The notes beneath the pieces were generated by a model. That model worked only from the letters and a program-made list of their open reading frames with translations, was not told where the DNA came from and made no database searches. A program made the position numbers and the translations under genes. Below are positions 43,884 to 51,698 of a stretch of 57,397 nucleotides of DNA, one piece after another. The first letter of the stretch is position 1, and every line of letters starts with the position of its first letter. The stretch comes from Candidatus Nomurabacteria bacterium (GTDB lineage Bacteria > Patescibacteriota > Minisyncoccia > Phycocordibacterales > UBA5272), in NCBI GenBank assembly GCA_003518045.1, contig DOZK01000020.1:19292-76688 (forward strand), written 5' to 3'.

Positions 43884-46800
43884 ATGAACGAAAACAACAA
43901 ACAAAAAACAATATCAGAAAAAGAGCAAGAGATTTTAAATTTCTGGCAGGAAAATAAAATCTTTGAAAAATCAATTGAAACTCCAGCTGGTGAAAAAGCC
44001 AAAGGAGATTTCTCTTTTTATGATGGCCCACCATTTGCAACAGGGCTACCACACTTTGGCCATATTCTTGCGGGAACAATAAAAGATGCAATTCCTCGTT
44101 ATCAAACGATGAATGGTAAAAGTGTTCGTCGTAAATGGGGATGGGACTGCCACGGTCTTCCAATTGAAAATTTGATTGAGAAAAAATTAGGACTAAAAAG
44201 TAAAAAAGATATTGAAGATTTTGGTGTTGGAAAATTTAATAAAGATGCGAATGACAGTGTTCTTCAATATGAAGAAGAGTGGAAAAAAGTAATGCCAAGA
44301 TTAGGCAGATGGGCAGATATGGAACATCCATATAAAACAATGGACGCGACTTATACAGAAAGTATTTGGTGGTCATGGAAAACTTTATATGAAAAAGGTC
44401 TTGCTTATGAGGGGAATAAAATGATGCATATTTGTCCACGTTGTGAGACGCCACTTGCTCAATCAGAAGTTGGTCTTGAATATCATGATGTTACGGATTT
44501 ATCTGTAACAGCAAAGTTTGAACTAGTAGATGAGCCGGGGACTTTTGTTTTAGCGTGGACTACAACGCCGTGGACATTACCAGGAAATGTAGCTCTTGCT
44601 CTCAGTAAAGACGCCGAGTATGTAAAAGTCTTATCAAAAGAAGAGGGGAGTACAGAGCAAGAAGTAAGTAAATACATTGTTGCAAAAAGTCGACTAGAGG
44701 AGGTTTTTAAGGGTAAGGAATATGAAATAGTTGAAGAATTTAAAGGAGAGAAATTAGTTGGCAAATCATATAAACCACTATTCCCATATTTTGAAGATAA
44801 AGAAATTGAGAATAAAGAAAATATTTGGAAAATTTGGCATGCGGATTTTATTACTCTTGATACCGGTACTGGTATTGCTCATGAAGCACCAGCATTCGGT
44901 GCGGAAGATATGGAACTTGCAAAGGCAAATAATATTCCTGTAATTAAGCATGTAAAAATGGATGGAACTTTTACAGCGGACGTTACAGATTTTGCTGGAA
45001 TGAAAGTAAAAGTAAAAGATGATACTCAATCGGCTGACATTGAAATAATAAAATGGCTAGCACACAATGGAGAACTTTTTGAAAAGCATAAAATAATTCA
45101 CTCATACCCACTTTGTTGGAGATGTAAAACCCCGTTACTTAACTATGCGACATCAAGTTGGTTTGTTGATGTTCCAAAAATGAAAGATAGATTAATTGAA
45201 GAAAATAAAAAAATTATTTGGGTGCCAGAGCATATTCGAGATGGGCGATTTGGAAAATGGCTAGAGGGTGCGCGTGAATGGGCGGTCTCACGTACTCGTT
45301 ATTGGGGTGCGCCACTTCCAGTTTGGAAAAATGAAGATGGGGAGATGATTATAATTGGCTCTTTAAAAGAATTAGCTGAGAAAAATAAACAACAACCAAA
45401 AAATATTTATTATGTAATGCGTCATGGAGAAGCCGAAAGTAATGTAGCAGGGATAATTGACTCAGATGGAAGTGAAACTAATAATCTTACAGAAAAAGGA
45501 ATAGCACAGGCAAAACTAAGCGCAGAAAATCTTAAAGATAAAAATATTGATGTGATTTTTACTTCGCCATTTTTAAGAACAAAGAAAACAGCAAAAATAG
45601 TTTCAGATATTTTAGGTGGTGTTGAAATTATTGAAGATATGCGTCTTAAGGAAGTCAATGTAGGTATTTATGACAAAAGAAAAGTGTCTGACTATTTGAA
45701 AGAAGTTGGAAAATTAAAATATCTTACACTGGATAATCGTGTTAAAGGAGGGGAAACACACAGAGAGGTTATGAATCGTATGGTGCAGGTGTTTATGGAA
45801 ATGGAAGAAAAATATGAAGGGAAAAATATTTTATTTGTTACCCACGGTGGGCCAGCCAGGATGTTTGTAGCTGGTGCGCATAATCTTACAGAAGAAGAAT
45901 TACTTATTGATGAAGCAACTGATGAAGCAAAACTTTATCCAAAAAACGCAGAAGTTGTAAAAGTCTCGCCATTAATAATTCCTCGTGATGAAACTGGGGC
46001 TGTTAATCTTCATCGTCCTTATATTGATAACACTGAACTATTAGTTGATGGGAAAACATATAAACGTATTCCGGATGTATTTGATTGTTGGTATGAATCA
46101 GGTTCAATGCCATTTGCTCAACTTCACTATCCGTTTGAAAATAAAGAAATTTTTGCAAAAAATTATCCGGCAGATTTTATTGCCGAAGGTTTAGACCAAA
46201 CACGCGGATGGTTTTATTCACTTATCAATTTAGGTGTAGGATTATTTGATAAAGCTCCGTATAAACATGTGGCAGTGAATGGACTTATTATGGCAGAGAC
46301 GGGTATGAAGTTATCAAAGAGTGAGAAAAATTATACAGACCCAATGGAGCTTGTAGAAAAGTATGGGGCGGACTCTATGCGTTACGCACTGTTATCTAGT
46401 CCAGTTGTAAAAGGGGAGAATTTACTTTTTGGTGATGATATTGTTTCTGATATTTATAAAAAGTTAGTTTCTCGATTATTAAACGTGCTTTCATTATATG
46501 AAATGAATAAGCCTGAAAATGTTATTGCAAAAAATACATCAAGTGATGTATTAGATAGATGGATGATTTCTAGGGTGCATGAATTATTGCGTGATGCGAC
46601 AAAAGGATATGACTCATATAAATTAGATGAAGCGACTCGTGGGACAGGAGATTTAATCGATGATATTTCTGTTTGGTATACAAGAAGATCACGCGAAAGA
46701 TTAAAGGGTGATATGGGTGAGGAAAGTCAAATGCGTGCTTACGTTACTTTGACTTATGTATTACAAACATTAGCAAAAACTATGGCACCAGTTATGCCAT

Positions 46801-47345
46801 TCACTGCTGAAATTGTTTATAAAGCTTTAAATGGTGAAAGAGAGTCTGTCCATCTTGAAAGTTGGCCAACAGTTGGAGTTATTGAAGATGAAGTTATAAA
46901 AGAAATGAAAAATGTAAGAGATATAGTTACGGTTGCTCTTTCACTTCGAACACAATCTAAAATCGCAGTTCGTCAGCCACTTCAAAAAATTACTCTGAAA
47001 GATGAGATAAAAAGCGAGTATCACCAAATAATTTTGGACGAACTTAATGTTAAAGAAATCGCATTTGCTAATTCTTTAACTGAGGTCTGCGTATTAGATA
47101 CAGAAATTACTGAAGAATTAAAATTAGAAGGGGACGTGAGAAATCTTATGCGTGCCGTACAAGATGCTCGTAAAGAAAAAGGATTAACTCCGCAAGATTC
47201 TATTATTCTTTTGACAGATTATTCTGTGCCAGAAAAGTTTAAAGAAGTATTAATGAATACTTGTAAAATTAGTGAAATAAAAGGAGGAAGCGGAAAATAC
47301 AAAGCTGAGACCGGAGTAGGGGAGGTGTCGTTTGATATAAATTAA
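43884..47345 (+). CDS. ileS: isoleucine--tRNA ligase (type 2-like) with an inserted histidine-phosphatase domain
   Basis: HIGH (PHFGHILAG), WDCHGLP, an editing domain, WAVSRTRYWGAPLPVW, and KMSKS (MKLSKSEKN). About 195 extra aa with RHG/PGAM motifs sit between IIIGSLKEL and NLHRPYID. Confidence 0.93.
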   Translation: MNENNKQKTISEKEQEILNFWQENKIFEKSIETPAGEKAKGDFSFYDGPPFATGLPHFGHILAGTIKDAIPRYQTMNGKSVRRKWGWDCHGLPIENLIEKKLGLKSKKDIEDFGVGKFNKDANDSVLQYEEEWKKVMPRLGRWADMEHPYKTMDATYTESIWWSWKTLYEKGLAYEGNKMMHICPRCETPLAQSEVGLEYHDVTDLSVTAKFELVDEPGTFVLAWTTTPWTLPGNVALALSKDAEYVKVLSKEEGSTEQEVSKYIVAKSRLEEVFKGKEYEIVEEFKGEKLVGKSYKPLFPYFEDKEIENKENIWKIWHADFITLDTGTGIAHEAPAFGAEDMELAKANNIPVIKHVKMDGTFTADVTDFAGMKVKVKDDTQSADIEIIKWLAHNGELFEKHKIIHSYPLCWRCKTPLLNYATSSWFVDVPKMKDRLIEENKKIIWVPEHIRDGRFGKWLEGAREWAVSRTRYWGAPLPVWKNEDGEMIIIGSLKELAEKNKQQPKNIYYVMRHGEAESNVAGIIDSDGSETNNLTEKGIAQAKLSAENLKDKNIDVIFTSPFLRTKKTAKIVSDILGGVEIIEDMRLKEVNVGIYDKRKVSDYLKEVGKLKYLTLDNRVKGGETHREVMNRMVQVFMEMEEKYEGKNILFVTHGGPARMFVAGAHNLTEEELLIDEATDEAKLYPKNAEVVKVSPLIIPRDETGAVNLHRPYIDNTELLVDGKTYKRIPDVFDCWYESGSMPFAQLHYPFENKEIFAKNYPADFIAEGLDQTRGWFYSLINLGVGLFDKAPYKHVAVNGLIMAETGMKLSKSEKNYTDPMELVEKYGADSMRYALLSSPVVKGENLLFGDDIVSDIYKKLVSRLLNVLSLYEMNKPENVIAKNTSSDVLDRWMISRVHELLRDATKGYDSYKLDEATRGTGDLIDDISVWYTRRSRERLKGDMGEESQMRAYVTLTYVLQTLAKTMAPVMPFTAEIVYKALNGERESVHLESWPTVGVIEDEVIKEMKNVRDIVTVALSLRTQSKIAVRQPLQKITLKDEIKSEYHQIILDELNVKEIAFANSLTEVCVLDTEITEELKLEGDVRNLMRAVQDARKEKGLTPQDSIILLTDYSVPEKFKEVLMNTCKISEIKGGSGKYKAETGVGEVSFDIN

Positions 47346-47397
47346 TTATTCTTCAGTTTTTCACTGGACCAATTCTTAATTACAAAACTCCAACGCA

Positions 47398-47498
47398 TGT
47401 CATTCCAAACTTGATTTGGAATCCAGTGTCCACTGAAATTATAAGGCACTGGACCCGCCTTGCCGGCGAGGCAGGTCCTGATTTTCATCAGGATGACA
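47398..47498. repeat. TGTCA multi-hairpin repeat, four-hairpin variant (copy 6)
   Basis: TGTCA-[TTCCAAA cttga TTTGGAA]-[TCCAGTG ...18 nt... CACTGGA]-[cccGCCTTG ccgg CGAGGCagg]-[TCCTGAT tttc ATCAGGA]-TGACA. Confidence 0.85.
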
Positions 47499-47574
47499 CG
47501 GGGAAACATTGGTGTCGTAATTGCCTTAAAAGTAAAGAAGTTGCAATTCTATATGTTTTTGTTACTATGAAAAT

Positions 47575-47820
47575 ATGAGTAAAATAACATTAAAAAATAA
47601 CAGAGAATATACTGCTTTTTTTGAGGAAAATGAACTCGGAGGATATACAATTACTGTGCCTGCACTTCCTGGGCTTGTTACAGAAGCAAAAGATATGAAG
47701 CAAGCAAAGGTTGTGTTACAAGATGCCATTACTTGTTATATTGAGGGGCTAAAGAAATCAAAAGTAGAAATACCAAAAGAAAGTTTTGTTGCAAGTATGC
47801 GTTTGCAGTTTGCTGTGTAA
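47575..47820 (+). CDS. hicB: HicB-family antitoxin
   Basis: 81 aa. YTAFFEENELGGYTITVPALPGLVTEAKDMKQA...DAI..YIEGL is the UPF0150/HicB N-domain pattern. Confidence 0.75.
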   Translation: MSKITLKNNREYTAFFEENELGGYTITVPALPGLVTEAKDMKQAKVVLQDAITCYIEGLKKSKVEIPKESFVASMRLQFAV

Positions 47821-47825
47821 TTCGT

Positions 47826-48044
47826 ATGCCAAAACTTCCAATTCTTACACCAAAAAAGTTAGTAAAAATTTTGTGTAAAATTGGTTTTTATATTCATCAT
47901 CAAACAGGGAGCCACATTAACTTACGCCATAGTATTAAAAATAATTTACATGTGGTTATTCCTTATCATACGAGAGATTTAGCTCCAAAAACTCTCAAGT
48001 CAATTATTATGCAAGCAGATATTTCCATAGATGATTTATTATAA
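47826..48044 (+). CDS. hicA: HicA-family mRNA interferase toxin
   Basis: 72 aa. LTPKKLVKIL.K.GF...HQTGSHINLRH...VVIPYHTRDLAPKTLKSII. Confidence 0.8.
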   Translation: MPKLPILTPKKLVKILCKIGFYIHHQTGSHINLRHSIKNNLHVVIPYHTRDLAPKTLKSIIMQADISIDDLL

Positions 48045-48054
48045 TTAAAAAACC

Positions 48055-49737
48055 ATGCCACCAAAAAAATTTGAAGGAAAGTTTGGAATACCACAATCTA
48101 ATTCTATTGACTCAGAGCTTACCTCCGCACTCTATAGACTTCCAGACTCAATAAGTCTGCCTTTTATAGAAAGCATGACAGAAGATATCGTTAGTAAAGT
48201 AAATAAAAGATTAGAAGAAATGTATGAGGAATCTTTATTAGGAAATGATAAAGGTATTGCAAATGTGAGAATTAGACGTGCTCTTTCTGATGAACAAAGA
48301 AAAATACTTCAACTCAAACTTACAAGGCACTTTGAAGACAATGGTGAATCTGCAAAAATAGACGTACCAGTATGTGTTGATGCACTCATAGAGTCACCAA
48401 GATTTTTAGAGAGTATGAAAGGAAGTATGGACAAACTTTTTGCAATGCATGAAATGAAGATATTACAAAAGATTGCCGAATTAAGACGTAAACGAGCAGA
48501 GATGAGTGGAGATGAATCTTTGTATAATCCTTATGAAAATCTTTTTGAAACAAGCAGTGGCAAATATTGTATGGCAAGACTTTTGAATATGCCTCATTTA
48601 GAAGAAGAGTCTGAATATATGGATCATTGTGTTGGAACAAGTACAAGCTATGTTAACAAAATCAAGAAAGGTGAGGTCGAGATACTTTCTTTTCGAGACA
48701 CATCAACTAATAATCCAATCGCTACTATTGAGTATGATCTTAAGAGTAAAAGATTACTACAGATAAAATTAATGAGTGATAAGTTGCCAAAGTTAAGCGA
48801 CTCATTTTCTGCTGATTTATTAGAAGCAATAGAAAAATTGGAGACGACAACAAATGATCTAGGTGTTCCTAGAGTTATTGAGGGTAGTCTAGCTAAGGAC
48901 ATGAAGACACTCCTATCTTTACAAGAGAAATCCAAAAAACAAGAAGTATATACAAGAGATGACCTTTTATTTCTATATGAAATTAGTTCACCTATCCAAT
49001 GTTTTGATAGTGGAAGAGATCCACTTATTGATGAGTTATTGCGAAAAAGAAACCGCCAAGAAGACATACAACTCCTTTGTAATTGTGAGTCACAGTTTAT
49101 TGCATTTGACTTCATTGATATCAATGAACAAACTCAAGTTTTCTGTGAAGACACAGGGAAGAAAATCACTTTTGTTGATTTTCGTCTAGAAGCAAACCAA
49201 AAGAAACTCCCGCAACTTCTCGAACTCGCACAGCACATCAAAGAAAGTGGTAGTCCCGCGAGACCGGATATGTCATTTGAAGGTGGAATAGTAACTATAG
49301 ATATATCAGAAGAAAAATTAAAAGATACAAAGACAGTCTTACAATCATACAAAGAAGCAGACAGTAGCTCTCCATCATGGGTATGGGATGAATGGATAAA
49401 CGCACCCTATACTAAACCAAAATTACCACTAGAAACTATTATTTTGTCATATAACAAAGATACAAACACAAGAGAATCATCAGATAAAATTGTATCAGAT
49501 ATGAATAGATTAGGATTAAGACCTGCAACATTAGAAGAACTTATTGCTCTTGGAGTAATAAAACCAGAATTTAATAAACGAAGTGGCTCTTACCTTGTTG
49601 AACTAACAAAATATTCTTTGGATGGTGGTTCCTACGTTCCCTGCGTGGACTGGGGTGGCGACGAGCGTGACTTGGTCGGGTATGAGTGGGGGAGTAGGTG
49701 GATTGACAGGAATCGTTTTGTTTGCGTTCGCAAATAG
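48055..49737 (+). CDS. DGR target protein 2 (variable C-terminus)
   Basis: 560 aa. The last ~40 aa (SLDGGSYVPCVDWGGDERDLVGYEWGSRWIDRNRFVCVRK) are encoded by VR2, and the ..RFVCVRK ending is typical of CLec-fold DGR targets. A central MDHCVGTSTSYVNKIKKGEVEILSFRD block is reminiscent of PcfJ-like domains (weak call). Confidence 0.8.
   Translation: MPPKKFEGKFGIPQSNSIDSELTSALYRLPDSISLPFIESMTEDIVSKVNKRLEEMYEESLLGNDKGIANVRIRRALSDEQRKILQLKLTRHFEDNGESAKIDVPVCVDALIESPRFLESMKGSMDKLFAMHEMKILQKIAELRRKRAEMSGDESLYNPYENLFETSSGKYCMARLLNMPHLEEESEYMDHCVGTSTSYVNKIKKGEVEILSFRDTSTNNPIATIEYDLKSKRLLQIKLMSDKLPKLSDSFSADLLEAIEKLETTTNDLGVPRVIEGSLAKDMKTLLSLQEKSKKQEVYTRDDLLFLYEISSPIQCFDSGRDPLIDELLRKRNRQEDIQLLCNCESQFIAFDFIDINEQTQVFCEDTGKKITFVDFRLEANQKKLPQLLELAQHIKESGSPARPDMSFEGGIVTIDISEEKLKDTKTVLQSYKEADSSSPSWVWDEWINAPYTKPKLPLETIILSYNKDTNTRESSDKIVSDMNRLGLRPATLEELIALGVIKPEFNKRSGSYLVELTKYSLDGGSYVPCVDWGGDERDLVGYEWGSRWIDRNRFVCVRK
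49615..49733 (+). repeat. DGR variable repeat VR2
   Basis: Gap-free 119-nt alignment to 50038-50156 with 15 mismatches: 14 opposite TR adenines and one opposite a TR thymine (TR position 50068). Confidence 0.85.
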
Positions 49738-49813
49738 TACTTAGGTTTTAGTTACTTTACTTTTGCTTTAGAACTTTTGACTTAAACAAATTTTAGAAGT
49801 ATCACGTATACTA

Positions 49814-50235
49814 GAACATGAGAGTAGATAATGAGTGTATGGATATTTTTATACAACATCGAAATCAGTAGGGTATAGATGAGAATTCAAGTACAAGAAT
49901 AATGTATAGGAAGAGTATCTATATTTGTTTCAAAAAAGAAATCTACTTGGCGTAGTTATGTTAAGTATTATTATACTAGCTTAAATTCAACATATGGTTG
50001 CGACTGTGTGTGGTGGTATGCATGCATAACTACGAAATCTTTGGATGGTGATTCCTACGTTCCCTACTTGAACTGGAATGGCGACAAGCGTAACTTGAAC
50101 AGGAATGAGTGGAGGAATAGGTGGAATGACAGGAATCGTTTTGTTTGCGTTCGCAATTTAATTTCTTTACATAACACGACCTCCGAGTCCAAGACATGAG
50201 TCTGCTGACTCAGGAGGTCGTGTTATGTTTTTTTG
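49814..50235 (+). ncRNA. putative stand-alone DGR template RNA 2 (leader + TR2 + terminator)
   Basis: TATACT box at 49807-49812, then the conserved 51-nt leader at 49820-49870 and TR2. A long hairpin follows, ACATAACACGACCTCC(gagtc)...(gactc)aGGAGGTCGTGTTATGT plus a T7 run (50169-50235). Confidence 0.5.
50038..50156 (+). repeat. DGR template repeat TR2
   Basis: The adenine-rich partner of VR2. In the VR frame it reads SLDGDSYVPYLNWNGDKRNLNRNEWRNRWNDRNRFVCVR, with many AAY Asn codons. Confidence 0.85.
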
Positions 50236-50245
50236 TATGAATTTG

Positions 50246-50319
50246 TGTCATTCCCGCGAAGGCGGGAATCCAGTGTCCAAATGAGTATGGGCCTGGATTC
50301 CCGCCTTCGTGGGAATGAG
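50246..50319. repeat. TGTCA multi-hairpin repeat (copy 7, partly degenerate)
   Basis: TGTCA-[TTCCCGC gaag GCGGGAA]-[TCCAG ...19 nt... CTGGA]-[TTCCC gccttcgt GGGAA]-TGAG. Confidence 0.7.
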
Positions 50320-50329
50320 TTACGAAAAA

Positions 50330-50725
50330 CTAATTAAGCTGTTTTACAACTTGATTATGCCAACCACCGAGCATCTTACCTATTTCGTGTAACTTTTCGC
50401 TGAGTGCTATATATTGTTTTGTTTCAAAGGCTTTTATAGTATGTGCCACACGAAGCATTACTTTTGCAGTATCGAGTAGTTGTATCGCTTTCTGAATATA
50501 TTGTAGCTTCTGTTCTTTCTTCACAAAAAGTGCCGATGAAGTATATTGGATAACTTCACATAGGAGAGTATCTATTTTTACACCGAGCGAGTATCTATGA
50601 ACTTTTGGAAAGTGTATGATGTAGGAATGCCAAAGTACATAAGCAACTTCGAGTTTGAGGATAAGAGGAGGAGTACTGATTTCGTGGGGGGGGGGGCGAT
50701 ATTCATAGCAAAAAGTGTAACACAC
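50330..50725 (-). CDS. avd: DGR accessory variability determinant (Avd, four-helix-bundle family)
   Basis: 131 aa. FPKVHRYSLGVKIDTLLCEVIQ...LDTAKVMLRVAH...LSEKLHEIGKMLGGW fits Avd / 23S-IVS-type four-helix-bundle proteins. It is divergent from the RT. The only ATG start places a C11 tract (RPPPH) inside the 5' end. Confidence 0.75.
   Translation of the reverse strand: MCYTFCYEYRPPPHEISTPPLILKLEVAYVLWHSYIIHFPKVHRYSLGVKIDTLLCEVIQYTSSALFVKKEQKLQYIQKAIQLLDTAKVMLRVAHTIKAFETKQYIALSEKLHEIGKMLGGWHNQVVKQLN
50686..50696. repeat. G11/C11 homopolymer tract
   Basis: Eleven consecutive G on the plus strand. The tract lies within avd codons 10-13 and 62 nt upstream of the annotated RT start. Confidence 0.95.
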
Positions 50726-50757
50726 AGTATGATGATATTGTTACTTTTGAAAAGCTA

Positions 50758-51579
50758 TTGGAATCATGGAATGATTTTGTGAGTGGGAAAAGAAAGAGAG
50801 AAGATGTGAATACATTTGCATTACGGCTGTCTGATAATTTGATTGACCTTTTTTATGAACTAAAAAGCGATGTGTACATTCATGGAAATTACGAAGAGTA
50901 TGTTATTTGCGACCCGAAGAAGCGTATCATTCATAAAGCAAGTGTGAGAGATAGAGTAGTGCATCGACTACTCTATAATGCTTTGTATAGCTATTTCGAT
51001 AGACGATACATCTATGACTCATATAGTTGTCGAATTGGAAAAGGAACACATAAAGCACAAGCTAGATTTAGATATTTTGTAAATGCTGTAAGTAAAAATT
51101 ATACGAAACCATGTTATGTTCTCAAGTTTGATATTAAGAAATGTTTTGAAAGTATTGATGCTGACATTCTTAAAAATATACTTTTCACACATATACAAGA
51201 TGAGCGATTAAAAAGTCTTGTCTTTAAAATTATTGATAGTTTTCCGAAAGGATTGCCACTAGGAAATTTAACTTCACAGTTATTCATTAACATCTATCTT
51301 CATGAATTAGATTGGTATGTAAAGCAGACACTTCATTGCACGCATTATTTTAGATATGCGGATGATATGGTTGTTATTTCTCATGATAAAAAAGAATTAG
51401 AAAATTTCTACAAGCAATTACAAATTTTCTTGAAACAGGAACTTCATCTGACAACACATAAAAAAGTAATTAGTAGTATCTACTCAGGAATTGATATTCT
51501 CGGGTTAGTTTTCTTTGCAAAGTATCAGAGATTGCGAAGGAGTACAGAGAGGAGAAAGAATGCGAGAGGTGGTAAATAA
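50758..51579 (+). CDS. DGR-type reverse transcriptase
   Basis: RT motifs: KKRIIHKASVRDRVVHRLL, FDIKKCFESID, the DGR-diagnostic LPLGNLTSQLFINIYL ([LIV]GxxxSQ), and YADDMVVIS. The annotated start is TTG, and homology (YDDIVTFEKLL) continues upstream to the stop at 50677 without an ATG. Confidence 0.85.
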   Translation: MESWNDFVSGKRKREDVNTFALRLSDNLIDLFYELKSDVYIHGNYEEYVICDPKKRIIHKASVRDRVVHRLLYNALYSYFDRRYIYDSYSCRIGKGTHKAQARFRYFVNAVSKNYTKPCYVLKFDIKKCFESIDADILKNILFTHIQDERLKSLVFKIIDSFPKGLPLGNLTSQLFINIYLHELDWYVKQTLHCTHYFRYADDMVVISHDKKELENFYKQLQIFLKQELHLTTHKKVISSIYSGIDILGLVFFAKYQRLRRSTERRKNARGGK

Positions 51580-51698
51580 CAAACATACCGTTTTGCGTTT
51601 ATTAACTAACAACTATAAACTAGTAACTATTGAATGTAATTGTATTCTGTATTATCTGGTATCTAAAATCTAATGTCTAACGTCCACTATCTATCCCC

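Larger units (their letters stand above)
48055..51579 (+). mobile_element. complete diversity-generating retroelement (target-VR2, TR2 RNA, avd, RT)
   Basis: See the component features. Confidence 0.85.

Noticed and set aside
48648-49124. 158-aa minus-strand ORF inside DGR target 2
   Set aside because: It is antisense to the long target CDS, low complexity, and has no start context.
50008-50199. 63-aa plus-strand ORF
   Set aside because: Same reasoning: it is the TR2 copy of the target C-terminus and runs into the downstream hairpin.
50597-50782. 61-aa plus-strand ORF crossing the G11 tract
   Set aside because: It is antisense to avd and out of frame with the RT. A +1 G slip would fuse it to the RT frame, but the added N-terminal sequence resembles no RT, so I do not consider it a real extension.
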